From Acinetobacter phage AM24: a DNA stretch of 64,000 bases. The stretch is taken from sequence record KY000079.2; one strand, given 5' to 3'. The notes beneath the pieces are model-generated. The model saw only the letters and a program-made list of their open reading frames with translations, had not been told where the DNA came from and made no database searches. Of the stretch, positions 27,632 to 37,656 are shown one piece after another. Position 1 is the stretch's first letter. Each line of letters starts with the position of its first letter. Made by a program: the position numbers and the translations under genes.

Positions 27632-28252
27632 ATGACTAAACATAAAATCGGAAAAGTTGCGTGTCAAAACTACCCAGAACTGAATGCACTATTCGAACAA
27701 GAATTACAAGATTTATTTCAGGAAAGATCTGAAGAAGAGTCTCGTATTCATGAAGCATTTAATAAATTCAAACCATTTCTGACCAAAGCTGTATATGGGA
27801 CAACTGAATGTGTTGATCCTCAAGTTCGTGTGTGGGCACATGCTGGATATGGTTTTGGTACTAAAAACTGGCGTTTTTATTATAAAGATATTTTAGAAAA
27901 TGCTCTTGAGTATGCCCGTGAAAAGCTGAGTGCTGATGAGTATGAAGGTGTTCGTGCAATGAAGAAAACTTTCTTAGGTGAGGACTTGATAGAGCAGCAC
28001 TGTCAAGATATGCTAAAAGAATTTTACGGGTATGATTACAAAGTTTATTGTTCAGAGTTTTATCGCTACTTTATACGAGATATGAGTTTGTTTGAAGAAA
28101 TGTGGTTTTTCAGCTTTGCAAATGTTGCTGGTTGGAAGGCATGGTTATTAATTAAAATTCTTGTTGGTATTCCTTGGGCAATATTTATGTTTGTACTAGT
28201 GTTTATTCTCTCTGGCTTGGAAAGAATTTATAATATTCTTTTTAAAAAGTAG
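27632..28252 (+). CDS. Hypothetical protein with a C-terminal TM helix.
   Basis: RBS aatcggagaaatcgataatg. Hydrophobic C-terminus WLLIKILVGIPWAIFMFVLVFILSGL. Confidence 0.4.
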   Translation: MTKHKIGKVACQNYPELNALFEQELQDLFQERSEEESRIHEAFNKFKPFLTKAVYGTTECVDPQVRVWAHAGYGFGTKNWRFYYKDILENALEYAREKLSADEYEGVRAMKKTFLGEDLIEQHCQDMLKEFYGYDYKVYCSEFYRYFIRDMSLFEEMWFFSFANVAGWKAWLLIKILVGIPWAIFMFVLVFILSGLERIYNILFKK

Positions 28253-28281
28253 TTGACATTATTTTCTACCTGATCTAATAT
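28253..28281 (+). promoter_or_regulatory. Sigma70-type promoter with extended -35 aaaagtagttgaca.
   Basis: -35 ttgaca (28253-58), 17-bp spacer, -10 taatat (28276-81). Confidence 0.45.
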
Positions 28282-28342
28282 ACACACATCAGGTAGAGAT
28301 ACCTAAAAATTAATAAACGAGATATCCTAAGAGGAAACTTAA

Positions 28343-28834
28343 ATGAAAGCGATTGTTAGTTCATCTTTAAAAGCACAAGAAGTTAGTTCTAAGCGTGAAA
28401 ACTTAGAGTTTAAATCAAATGGGACTAAGTTGTATCGTTCACTTGAAAAAATGTTCAAGGTTCGTGATGCACTTGCTGATGCTAAAGCAACTATTGCTGA
28501 AGTAACTGGTGAGAAATACATGATCGTTACAGCCGATGAAGCGATCCGCATTTATGAAAATAACAAATCATCATTTACAAGTTTTACTTTTGTAAAGATT
28601 TCTGATTGCACATTACGTACAATTTCTACTCGACAAACTGATATTGGTGTGTCTGGCACTGCTCGTCCAAGTAAAAACAAAGATCAATATAATGTCTTTG
28701 ATACCAACTTGGCTAAGAAAATGATCAAAGAAGGTCGTAAAGAAGAAGTTGAAAGTGGTGGTGCATGGCGTTCATTTAACAAGAAATCACTTGTTAGTAT
28801 GCGACACAATGGTATAACTTATTTGATTGCATAA
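28343..28834 (+). CDS. Hypothetical protein.
   Basis: RBS aagaggaaacttaaatg. 163 aa. Confidence 0.4.
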   Translation: MKAIVSSSLKAQEVSSKRENLEFKSNGTKLYRSLEKMFKVRDALADAKATIAEVTGEKYMIVTADEAIRIYENNKSSFTSFTFVKISDCTLRTISTRQTDIGVSGTARPSKNKDQYNVFDTNLAKKMIKEGRKEEVESGGAWRSFNKKSLVSMRHNGITYLIA

Positions 28835-28914
28835 GTTAAAGAACCAATTAAAACTTAGAAATTAATTTAACAAGAGTCATCCAAAAGGGTGATCTTGTTT
28901 TTCGTCTTTATAAA

Positions 28915-29214
28915 ATGGAGAAAAAGATGGTATTTGAAATTGGAATTCTTAGAGAAGCTTTGCAAGGTATCAGGAAGGCCAAAATGAAAGTGAGACTTGA
29001 TCCGTATATTAGCGAGGAAGAGTGCATCGAAATTCTTGAGGAACTTAATCTTGCAGAGATGGTGCACATGTCTCTCATTGCAACAATGCATGAGCAGCAA
29101 CAAGTTGTGTCTGGAAAAGTAATTATAAAAGGGACTAAGACACCAAAAGAAATTTTAGATCAACTTCGAGAGAAATCACCAGAGGATTCTAAAGTAATTT
29201 TACCAGATAATTAA
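28915..29214 (+). CDS. Hypothetical protein.
   Basis: RBS aaatggagaaaaagatg. 99 aa. Confidence 0.35.
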   Translation: MEKKMVFEIGILREALQGIRKAKMKVRLDPYISEEECIEILEELNLAEMVHMSLIATMHEQQQVVSGKVIIKGTKTPKEILDQLREKSPEDSKVILPDN

Positions 29215-29227
29215 AAGGAGTAAAACT

Positions 29228-31264
29228 GTGCAATATGAAGGATTCAAAATAAAAGGTGGAACTTACCAAAATTTTGATGTGAGCGATTTAGATTTTAGCC
29301 ATGAACACAAAACAACCTGCCCTAAATGTAAATCTAAAGGTAAGGACCGTTCTGGGAATAACTTTCATATTTACTCTCCAGATGAATTAGGTAGACCGAG
29401 TGGTGGTAAGTGTTGGGCTGCTGGTTGTGGATTCCGTATCTTAAGCGCTGAAATTATCGGTGAGTTAGAAGCTACAGGAAATGGTCATGGTAAATATGAG
29501 TTAACAGAAGAGGAAAAAGCTGAATTAAAAACACAACAGCTTTTAAGGAAATCTCAAAGGAATAAGGAGAAGGCATTGGAAAAGGCATTATCTAGGGAAG
29601 ATTTTTTGTCGATTTGGCAAAGCACTGGACCTGACCCTAAAGGTTGGAGAGGTTTGACAAAAGAAACCTGTGATGATTTAAAAATCCGATTCCGATATAA
29701 TGAGGATGATGGTAAGCCAAACTCAATGTTGGTCCCAACCTTTATGCCTATGGAGGATGGCGCTAAGGCTGTACCAGTGGGTTATAAGATTCGAGTATTT
29801 CCTAAAGACTTCTCTCATTCAGTTGGTGCTTTTGGTAAAGCTACTGATTTAATTGGTATGGCAAAATTCCACAGCCATAACAAAACTTTAGTGATTACTG
29901 CTGGTGAAGTTGACTGGGCTTCAGCTTATCAGATGTATAAGGCTAAGAAACCTGAACGTTATATTCCAGCTATTGTAACCTCACCACTGGGTGAAGAGGG
30001 AACCTTGCAGCACTTCTTGGAGAATCCTAGAAACTATGAGTTCTTCATGCAATTTGATAAGGTTATCTTGTGCTTAGACTCTGATGATGCTGGCTTAAAG
30101 GCTATGGAATCATTTGCCGAGAAGATGCCTAGAGAGAAGCTTTGGAAGGTTCAACTACGATACAAAGATGTGAATGAGTATCTCGTACAGGGCAAATATC
30201 AAGAGTTTGTCGATGATGTTGAGTTTAAGGCCAAACCATGTCATGATTCCTTGATCATTGGTTCTGGTGGTTGGCAAGTTGCCATTAAGCGTGAAATTAG
30301 TGTTGAGAAGTTGCAATTGCCTCCAATGTTGTGTAGACTAGAGAAATCTATAAAAGGTGGTTTCCCAATGGGTCGTATTGTAACCATTGGTGCAGCAAGT
30401 TCTGCTGGTAAAACCACCTTAGTAAACTCAATGATTTATTACTGGTTGGGTTTAAGAACACATAAAATCGGTATTGTATCTTTGGAGTTAACCTTCGGTC
30501 AATACTGTATGGATATGCTGTCACGACATGTTGGTAGAAAAATTGATGCATTTGAGACAGTTAAGGAACAACAAGATTTCTTAAATCGTCCAGATGTGAT
30601 TGATGCTGCAAATGATTTCTTCTACAATGAAGATGGAAGTGATAGATTCTGGGTGGTTGATAACCGAGATTCAAACATTGCAGAGATTCAACGCCTGTGT
30701 GAACAGATGGTTATCCAACATGGAATTAATGTTCTTATCTTAGACCCAGTTTCAGACTTAACACAAAAACTTGATAAGGAAAAACAAGTTGAGTTTGCTT
30801 CTTGGCAAAAGAGCTTTGTTAAGAAACACAATGTCTTGATGATTCAAATTTCACACGTTCGTAAAACAGGAAATGGTCAAAAGAGTTATGCTGAAGGTGC
30901 TGTCCCTACAGAAGATGACTTGATTGGTTCATATGCTGTTGGTTCATCTAGTGCGTGTACCATTATGCTTGCACGTAATAAGATGAGTGATAACCCGCGT
31001 GTACGTAATACCACAGGTGTCTATGTTCCGAAGTGTCGTTGGAGTCCAGTTACAGGTCACTTAGATGATATTTACTACGATCTAGAGACACACCGATTGC
31101 ACAATCTAGAGCAATGGGATTTGGGTATTGTTGATACTGGACAGAAGCTCTTGTTAGATGAAGACCTAGATACAAAAGGTGATGATCAAGATCATGTTTG
31201 TGCTGATGAACAGGAATCTGTATATGCATCATCAAGTGATGTAACTCAATTGTTTAGTGAGTAA
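29228..31264 (+). CDS. Bifunctional DNA primase-helicase (T7 gp4-like). GTG start.
   Basis: N-terminal zinc ribbon CPKC...CWAAGC. TOPRIM motifs LVITAGEVD and LCLDSDDAG. The DnaB/SF4 helicase has Walker A GAASSAGKTT, Walker B LILDPVSD and HVRK. RBS aaggag. Confidence 0.85.
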   Translation: MQYEGFKIKGGTYQNFDVSDLDFSHEHKTTCPKCKSKGKDRSGNNFHIYSPDELGRPSGGKCWAAGCGFRILSAEIIGELEATGNGHGKYELTEEEKAELKTQQLLRKSQRNKEKALEKALSREDFLSIWQSTGPDPKGWRGLTKETCDDLKIRFRYNEDDGKPNSMLVPTFMPMEDGAKAVPVGYKIRVFPKDFSHSVGAFGKATDLIGMAKFHSHNKTLVITAGEVDWASAYQMYKAKKPERYIPAIVTSPLGEEGTLQHFLENPRNYEFFMQFDKVILCLDSDDAGLKAMESFAEKMPREKLWKVQLRYKDVNEYLVQGKYQEFVDDVEFKAKPCHDSLIIGSGGWQVAIKREISVEKLQLPPMLCRLEKSIKGGFPMGRIVTIGAASSAGKTTLVNSMIYYWLGLRTHKIGIVSLELTFGQYCMDMLSRHVGRKIDAFETVKEQQDFLNRPDVIDAANDFFYNEDGSDRFWVVDNRDSNIAEIQRLCEQMVIQHGINVLILDPVSDLTQKLDKEKQVEFASWQKSFVKKHNVLMIQISHVRKTGNGQKSYAEGAVPTEDDLIGSYAVGSSSACTIMLARNKMSDNPRVRNTTGVYVPKCRWSPVTGHLDDIYYDLETHRLHNLEQWDLGIVDTGQKLLLDEDLDTKGDDQDHVCADEQESVYASSSDVTQLFSE

Positions 31265-31304
31265 TTGAATGCATATTTATTAAAGGATTAATTAGGAGGT
31301 AATT

Positions 31305-33812
31305 TTGACAGACCAAAAGAAATATCACGTTTTTGCAGCAGACTTAGAAAGTACAGGTTTGCTTCATCATCTTGAAGAACAGGGTGAGAATGCCCGATTA
31401 CACAACTTTGGTCTGTTATCTACCAAAAGTGATTCTTATGCCATTCTACATCCAATGAAACAAGGTGACCGTGAGAAACTTCAAAAGGTTTTAGATCGTG
31501 AAGATACTGTTTTGGTTATCCATAATGGTATCTGCTATGATATAGAAGCTTTAAAACATTTTAAATTTGATACTTCAAAAGTTAAAGTAATTGATACTTT
31601 ATATCTTGCTTGGTACTTAGATTTCTTTAAGGAAGGTCGTTATGGCTTAGAGGCTTATGGTGAGTTGTTAGGCTTTCCGAAGCCACCTATTGAAGACTGG
31701 GAGAATCTAACCCAAGAGGATTATGACCACCGTGTTTATGGGGATATTAAAATCCAGAAAGCACTTTGGTTAAAGCTTTGTAAGCAGTTTGCAGAACTGT
31801 ACAACATTCCAAATGATGAGTACATGGAGTCCCGTGTCATTGATCATTATGCAATGAAGTATATTATGTGGAAGGGTGAACAGATGCGTATTCAACAAGA
31901 GAATATGTGGAAGTTCGACTATGAAAAAGCTGCACCAATGCTTAAGAAGATTGAGTTTCAAATCAATGAAAAGATTGAAGCTCTCACAAGTGTAATGCCG
32001 AAGGTTCCAGTCTATGCAACAAGAAAGCGTCCAGCTAAACCTTTCAAGCAAAATGGTGAGTTAAGCTCTACAGGTTTAAAATGGAAGGAACTCACAGAGG
32101 AAATGAACCTGCCTTTTGAACATGCAGATGAAATCCGAGTGATTACTAAGTATAATCCACCAAACCCAGCTTCACCAGCACAGGTTAAGGATTGGCTGTT
32201 TGATTTAGGGTGGGTGCCACAAACCTACGAGTTTAAGAAAGATGATAGTGGTGAAAGGAAAATCCCTCAGATTTATGTAAAAGGATCTGGTGGTGAGGTT
32301 TGCCCATCTGTACAAGAGCTTGCAGAGCGATACCCAGAGGTTGGTCACTTGGTTGGCCTTGGTGTGTTAAAGCACCGAAAAGGAATGGTAGCTAACTGGC
32401 TCAACAACCATAGAAATGGATACCTAACAGCCCGTGCTGCTGGGTTCACTAACACATTACGCTTGAAACATGCGGAGCTAGTAAATATCCCTTCAGGTCG
32501 TGTTTTCTTGGGTTCACAAGTACGTGCACTATTAACGGTGCGTGATGATGCTAACATTTTGTTAGGTTCAGACTTGAGTTCTTTAGAAAACCGATTGAAG
32601 TTCCACTTTCAGATGCCTCTTGACCCTGACTATGTTAAGGCCCAGATGTCTAAAGACTTCGACCCTCACTTATCCCTAGCTCTTCTTGCTGGACTACTCA
32701 CAGAGGATGAAGTCAACTTCTACAAGATAGAAGAAAAAGGCTTTGAGATGCCTGATGAAGTGTACACTGATGATCTCAAGGAGATGCTTGCTAAGAGTGA
32801 TGATTGGAAACACACTGAATTAGCTCGTATTGAGAAGATACGTGGTATGGGTAAAGCTGGTAACTACGCTTGTTTGCCAATGGACACAAAGGTGGCTGTA
32901 TTTGATGACAAGTATTTGGGTCCAGTAAGATATGTAGATTTTAAAAACCTTAAGGATACAGACCAAATTGTCCAGTATTGCTCTGAAATTGGAGAATATA
33001 CTGCAAGTCCTTATAAGTACAAACACTTCTATAAGGATGCAGAGGTTGTGACTGTAAAAATTAAACCTGATGGGATTGTGACATTTAAGTGCACTTTGAA
33101 CCACCGTTGGTTGGTGAGGTTTGATAATGGTCGTGAAGGTTTTGCTGAACTTTCAGATATCATTTCAAATAACTACGAAATGAATTATGCTGGCGTGTGG
33201 GTAAAGGGTTCCGACTTAGAAATTATAGAAGTTACAAAAGAGGACGTTTTTTGTTTAACTACTGAAAGTTCATCATTCTTGATTAAACAGGGTAGGTATT
33301 ATTCGATTACTGGTAACTGTCAGTATGGCGCTGGGGCTAAAACTGTGGCACGTACAGCAAAGGTATCCTTAGATGTTGGTCAACAGATTGTTGAAGGTTA
33401 TCGAATGATGAACTGGTCCATTGATGTTATTGCTTCTAATACATCAATTAAAAAGACATCTTTTGGTGATTTCCAGTTAAACCCAATCAATAAGATGTAC
33501 TATCCTCTCAAGACAGCTAAGGATAGATTTTCAACATTAATTCAAGGTAGCGGTTCTTATGTATTTGACTTATGGTTGATGTTTATTTTCAAGAGATTGA
33601 AACTTGCGATGGATGCAGGGAAGTTGCAATTTAAACCTAAACTACTTGCCACTTTTCACGATGAGTGTACCTTTGAATGCCACAAAGATGATGAGGATTT
33701 TATGCAAGTCTTAATGAAAGATGCAATTGCTGATGTTAATAAGGCTTTGAAATTAAATGTTGATCTGGATTGCGATATAAAAACAGGTAGTAACTATTCA
33801 GAAATTCACTAA
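31305..33812 (+). CDS. Family A DNA polymerase with 3'-5' exonuclease, interrupted by a 149-aa mini-intein in motif B. TTG start.
   Basis: Exo I VFAADLESTG. After removal of the intein, motif B reads RGMGKAGNYA/CQYGAGAKT (compare T7 RDNAKTFIYGFLYGAG). Motif C-like region LATFHDECTFECHKDD. Confidence 0.85.
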   Translation: MTDQKKYHVFAADLESTGLLHHLEEQGENARLHNFGLLSTKSDSYAILHPMKQGDREKLQKVLDREDTVLVIHNGICYDIEALKHFKFDTSKVKVIDTLYLAWYLDFFKEGRYGLEAYGELLGFPKPPIEDWENLTQEDYDHRVYGDIKIQKALWLKLCKQFAELYNIPNDEYMESRVIDHYAMKYIMWKGEQMRIQQENMWKFDYEKAAPMLKKIEFQINEKIEALTSVMPKVPVYATRKRPAKPFKQNGELSSTGLKWKELTEEMNLPFEHADEIRVITKYNPPNPASPAQVKDWLFDLGWVPQTYEFKKDDSGERKIPQIYVKGSGGEVCPSVQELAERYPEVGHLVGLGVLKHRKGMVANWLNNHRNGYLTARAAGFTNTLRLKHAELVNIPSGRVFLGSQVRALLTVRDDANILLGSDLSSLENRLKFHFQMPLDPDYVKAQMSKDFDPHLSLALLAGLLTEDEVNFYKIEEKGFEMPDEVYTDDLKEMLAKSDDWKHTELARIEKIRGMGKAGNYACLPMDTKVAVFDDKYLGPVRYVDFKNLKDTDQIVQYCSEIGEYTASPYKYKHFYKDAEVVTVKIKPDGIVTFKCTLNHRWLVRFDNGREGFAELSDIISNNYEMNYAGVWVKGSDLEIIEVTKEDVFCLTTESSSFLIKQGRYYSITGNCQYGAGAKTVARTAKVSLDVGQQIVEGYRMMNWSIDVIASNTSIKKTSFGDFQLNPINKMYYPLKTAKDRFSTLIQGSGSYVFDLWLMFIFKRLKLAMDAGKLQFKPKLLATFHDECTFECHKDDEDFMQVLMKDAIADVNKALKLNVDLDCDIKTGSNYSEIH
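32871..33317 (+). mobile_element. Mini-intein with no homing endonuclease domain, inserted in motif B of the DNA polymerase.
   Basis: Block A CLPMDTKVAVF, block B CTLNHRWLV (TxxH), block F/G VFCLTTESSSFLIKQGRYYSITGN followed by the +1 Cys. Coordinates computed in frame from the ORF start. Confidence 0.7.
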
Positions 33813-33821
33813 GGAGTTGAA

Positions 33822-34343
33822 ATGGATTTTGAAATATGGAAACCAATAATGGTTGACAAGGATTCTGGTGCTCATCTGCTGGTGTCCAATTTTGGAAACG
33901 TAAAAGGTGTAGATTGGAGTGATCGTAGTAAATTAAACCACTCAGGGGGTTATCTAAAAGCATCACACTATGTTGGTGGGAATAGAACTAGGATGTGGTT
34001 TATACACAGATTAGTGGCAACTTTATTCTGTAAAAAACCTACAGAAGCGCACTCTCAAGTAAATCATATCGATGGTGATAAACAAAACAATCACTATAAA
34101 AATTTAGAGTGGGTGACACCTTCAAGGAATATTAGACATGCTCACACCGAGGGTTTGATGGATAGTCGTAAGAATGTTAAAACATTGAAAATGCATCACG
34201 ATGATGTTATTTTGAAGGCTTATCTTGAAGTTATGTTGGAATTTGGTACAATAACGAAAGTGGCTGAGAAATACGGTATGCCAAGGACAACTTTATCGTC
34301 TATTGTAAATGGTCGGTGTAAGAGGAAAATTACAGGTTTGTAG
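33822..34343 (+). CDS. HNH homing endonuclease (HNH_3 / I-HmuI-like), free-standing, immediately downstream of the polymerase.
   Basis: Motifs LLVSNFGNV, GGYLKA, HRLVATLF, VNHIDGDKQNNHYKNLEWVTPSRN. Confidence 0.75.
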   Translation: MDFEIWKPIMVDKDSGAHLLVSNFGNVKGVDWSDRSKLNHSGGYLKASHYVGGNRTRMWFIHRLVATLFCKKPTEAHSQVNHIDGDKQNNHYKNLEWVTPSRNIRHAHTEGLMDSRKNVKTLKMHHDDVILKAYLEVMLEFGTITKVAEKYGMPRTTLSSIVNGRCKRKITGL

Positions 34344-34351
34344 GAGGTTGT

Positions 34352-34597
34352 ATGAGAGATTTCTTAGGAGTTTTACTTGAGGTTGATGACGATGTTGTTT
34401 TGTTAAAAACACCAATTGTTGGTGAGCACACATTTAAAATTGGAAAAGTTAAAAAGATTTCTTCTAAAAAAGTTTTGGTGGAAATCAAAGGTCGTCCTTA
34501 TCGTTGGAGTGATGAGGAATGTATTCATGAGGTTTGGAGATACCCAGAGCAATTAATTCAAGTAGATATTGAGGTACATAGAAATGAAGAGCATTAA
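34352..34597 (+). CDS. Hypothetical small protein.
   Basis: RBS taggaggttgtatg. 81 aa. Confidence 0.3.
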   Translation: MRDFLGVLLEVDDDVVLLKTPIVGEHTFKIGKVKKISSKKVLVEIKGRPYRWSDEECIHEVWRYPEQLIQVDIEVHRNEEH

Positions 34598-34823
34598 TGG
34601 TTATGAACTGAAGGTTGGTCAATTGGTTATCTGTGCAGAACAGAAGACAGCAGACTTCTTTCATGGTAAAATTACACAGATTAACGAAAAGACTGTTATT
34701 GTAGAAACACATCGGGAAAACTACAAGTACCACAAATACTCTAAGCCAGTGACTGGCTATGTAACTCACCCAAGACGACCTGAACAAGTATTTGTTTTAG
34801 GAAGCCCTAAAGAATTAAATTAA
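34569..34823 (+). CDS. Hypothetical small protein. Its start overlaps the end of the previous ORF.
   Basis: 84-aa ORF. KOW-like segment ELKVGQLVICAEQ. Confidence 0.3.
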   Translation: MRYIEMKSINGYELKVGQLVICAEQKTADFFHGKITQINEKTVIVETHRENYKYHKYSKPVTGYVTHPRRPEQVFVLGSPKELN

Positions 34824-34852
34824 AAATTCTTTAAAATATTTTATAAAAGTAG

Positions 34853-34881
34853 TTGACATGGTGTTTTAATTATGATTTAAT
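34853..34881 (+). promoter_or_regulatory. Probable promoter with the same extended -35 (aaaagtagttgacat) as the promoter at 28253. The -10 is weaker.
   Basis: -35 ttgaca (34853-58), 17-bp spacer, -10 tttaat. It sits in the 256-bp intergenic region before the SSB gene. Confidence 0.35.
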
Positions 34882-35079
34882 TAGCACCATAAATTAATAA
34901 TCAATATATTACCTACCTTAGATGTGCAACACATCATATTTTTAGGAAGCCTCTAGGCAAGCCAGAAAGAAAAATGGAGAAGACAAGTTTTATTTAAGTC
35001 GGGACGACTATAATTAAGCGACTTTACGTCTTTTTCGCAAAACATATCTTAAAAGTATTTACTAAAAGGAGTTTACTAA

Positions 35080-35739
35080 ATGGCTAATACAAGTTTAATC
35101 GATGGTGTTGTTTTATTTAATGCACTTAAAAACCCAAAGTTTAAATTCGAAAGTCAAACTCGCCGAGAGTTTACAATCGATTTGATTGTGAGTAAGAAAG
35201 ATGCTATTGCTTGGAATAAACGTTTCAAGAAACAGCAAGCTGAAATTATTGACAACCAAGACTTTGTGGCAAAGTTTGAGATGGAAGTACCGTTCCCTGA
35301 GCAAGATGAACAGTATAAAATCAAAGTAAAACGCCCAGCAGATTATGAAGAAAAGGATCCAACAACCCTTCAGAAAACTGGTCGAATCTTACCAATTCCA
35401 GATAAGTATCGCCCTCGTGTTCTACAGTTGGTTGACCCAGAAACACGTAAATGTGTTGATATCACCTTCAAGGATTTTGGTGTAGGTCGTGGATCTAAAG
35501 TAACCGTTCAGTATGAAGAACGTGATAATGGTTCTTTCGGGACTACAGCACGTCTATCTAACGTTCGTGTTAACGAGTTGGTGAAGTTTGAGACAGGAAA
35601 CTCATTTGATCAACTTGGTGAGGTGGAAGAGGTTATGGAAAACCCTTACGCACAAAAAGCAACTCCAGCGCCAGCAGCTAATGAGGGCGGTGCCACTGGT
35701 GGTGACCCAAGCCAAGCAGAAGTTGAAGATCTCTTTTAA
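35080..35739 (+). CDS. Single-stranded DNA-binding protein (T7 gp2.5-like).
   Basis: 219 aa. The acidic C-terminal tail ends in ...QAEVEDLF, the aromatic terminal residue typical of gp2.5-type SSBs. RBS aaaggagtttactaaatg. It lies in the replication module. Confidence 0.5.
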   Translation: MANTSLIDGVVLFNALKNPKFKFESQTRREFTIDLIVSKKDAIAWNKRFKKQQAEIIDNQDFVAKFEMEVPFPEQDEQYKIKVKRPADYEEKDPTTLQKTGRILPIPDKYRPRVLQLVDPETRKCVDITFKDFGVGRGSKVTVQYEERDNGSFGTTARLSNVRVNELVKFETGNSFDQLGEVEEVMENPYAQKATPAPAANEGGATGGDPSQAEVEDLF

Positions 35740-35753
35740 TTGGTGAGGTAGAT

Positions 35754-36299
35754 ATGAGTGCAAGAAATCCGAAAAGGAAAGTTTATAAAACAAACCCAAA
35801 AATAACAATTTCTGTAGAGAAGGACCTTCGTTGGAGAGATGTTAAGGATATGGTTTTTGATTCGATAGAACAGGGAGTTCCTTCGGATTTTGAATCTAAA
35901 AAACTTGCACAACTATCTATCAAGTTATTAGCCGAGAAACAAGGACGTTCTCAGTTAAACTTGAGTTTTTATCCAGTTGTTCGTAGTACCCTTGAACATT
36001 TAACCCCTGATGAACTTAGAAAGATAGCTATTCAGTGTATTGTGAAATGTACTGAGACAGAAGAAACCAGTGAGAACATTGTACCTATTGCTAATAAGGT
36101 TGGTGTTATTTATGGTCGATTCTTTGATTATCGCTATAAGGGCAAACCTTATGTGGTATCTAAGCAAGCTGATCTTTTAGAAGAAGAAATGGGTGTTGCA
36201 AATTTACCTAAAGATGGTGATCTGGAAGAAAACCAACTGGAGGAAGATGAGCAGTATGACATCATGGGGGCATTAGGACATATCCCTATAGATTTGTAG
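35754..36299 (+). CDS. Hypothetical protein with an acidic C-terminus.
   Basis: RBS ggtgaggtagatatg. 181 aa. Confidence 0.4.
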   Translation: MSARNPKRKVYKTNPKITISVEKDLRWRDVKDMVFDSIEQGVPSDFESKKLAQLSIKLLAEKQGRSQLNLSFYPVVRSTLEHLTPDELRKIAIQCIVKCTETEETSENIVPIANKVGVIYGRFFDYRYKGKPYVVSKQADLLEEEMGVANLPKDGDLEENQLEEDEQYDIMGALGHIPIDL

Positions 36300-36339
36300 T
36301 TCGTAGGTTTTTACAAGGAATTTGCATAAGGAGTTGTGC

Positions 36340-37575
36340 ATGAGTAAGTATGATGGAATTGGTGAGAAGTTGCCAATTGTCACTGACTTAGGTGTTATTG
36401 AATATGAATTACCAGTTTATAGCTCTAAGGATGTTGTTGCAGTTTTTGACTTAGACTTTATTGTGTACTCTTCTGCATGTATGGCTGATCACACATCAAT
36501 TAAGGTGACATCGAAAAAGAAAGGTGTTGTCAAGTACTTCAAAAGTAGGACTGAATTTAATGAATTGCTGAGAGGTTTTAATGAAAAAAACCCTGAAGGT
36601 AAACTCACTAAAGCGGATTTTATTATTGAAGATATTGTTGTTCCCCAGCCTGTATCACATGCCTTAAGAAGTATTAAAGCACGAATTCAAGGTATTATGG
36701 AAGTCCTTGGTGCAAATAAGGCTGAGTATTATGTTGGTGGTGAGAATAATTTCAGGATGAGATTGCCATTGCCAGTACCATACAAAGGCAACCGAAAGGA
36801 AATGCGGAAGCCTACTCATTTAGCAGAAAGTAAAAAATATGCTATTGAGGTTATTGGTGCCAAAAGTGTCTATGGTAGGGAAGCTGACGATGTGGTAACA
36901 CAACGGGCCGTTCAGATTAGAAAGCAAGGAGCTAAAGCTATTCTGATTGGTGAGGATAAAGATGCTTATGGTACATTTAATATCTACACATATAACCCTA
37001 AAAAGGATTTTGAGCCTTTCTTCATAGGTGAATCCCCTTCTGTTTGGAGTACAAGTTTCATTGGTCACATAGACACAATTGAAAAGGTATCCATAGATAA
37101 GAATACAGGGAAAGAAAAAGTCACTTATGATTATAAAGGTTGTGGCCTAGCATGGAAATGCTATCAGATTGCCACAGGGGATGATGCAGATGGTTACCAC
37201 TTCTTAGATATTGCCAAGAGATTGTATTGTGATAAACATGGAGTCAGTCTGATGGCAGCAGCTAAGAAGATTCAACTCGATAGGGTAGGTTTGGTGGAAA
37301 AATTAAACAATGCCAAGGAAGAAAAAGAGTTGTGGGAAATTCTCTTAGAGCATTCAAAAAAATATTATGGGGAAGAACCTTTCGAATATACAGACCATAA
37401 TGGTATTAAACACACAACAGATTATATAGGTGTTCTTAACTTATACTATCACTGTGTGCATATGAGATTGTCAGTCGCTGATGACAATACCTTCTACACC
37501 ATCTTGAGAAAACATGGATTGTATGATGGTCCGTTTAATCCAGAAGTTGAATATTGTTATTTGTTCGAAAAGTAA
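36340..37575 (+). CDS. 5'-3' exonuclease / flap endonuclease (FEN, T7 gp6 / T5 D15-like). The start is moved to the ATG with an RBS.
   Basis: PIN-like N-terminus VFDLDFIV. The YKGNRK (YKanR) motif, GREADDVV and ILIGEDKDAYG (DKD). RBS taaggag at 36328-34. Confidence 0.7.
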   Translation: MSKYDGIGEKLPIVTDLGVIEYELPVYSSKDVVAVFDLDFIVYSSACMADHTSIKVTSKKKGVVKYFKSRTEFNELLRGFNEKNPEGKLTKADFIIEDIVVPQPVSHALRSIKARIQGIMEVLGANKAEYYVGGENNFRMRLPLPVPYKGNRKEMRKPTHLAESKKYAIEVIGAKSVYGREADDVVTQRAVQIRKQGAKAILIGEDKDAYGTFNIYTYNPKKDFEPFFIGESPSVWSTSFIGHIDTIEKVSIDKNTGKEKVTYDYKGCGLAWKCYQIATGDDADGYHFLDIAKRLYCDKHGVSLMAAAKKIQLDRVGLVEKLNNAKEEKELWEILLEHSKKYYGEEPFEYTDHNGIKHTTDYIGVLNLYYHCVHMRLSVADDNTFYTILRKHGLYDGPFNPEVEYCYLFEK

Positions 37576-37614
37576 TCTTTCAGTAATTATTCAGTTCAAA
37601 TTAACAAAAATTTG

Positions 37615-37643
37615 TTGACTTGGTGTTTGCATAGTTCTAATAT
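37615..37643 (+). promoter_or_regulatory. Sigma70-type promoter.
   Basis: -35 ttgact (37615-20), 17-bp spacer, -10 taatat (37638-43). Upstream context aatttgttgact. Confidence 0.45.
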
Positions 37644-37656
37644 ACAAGGAATAGTT

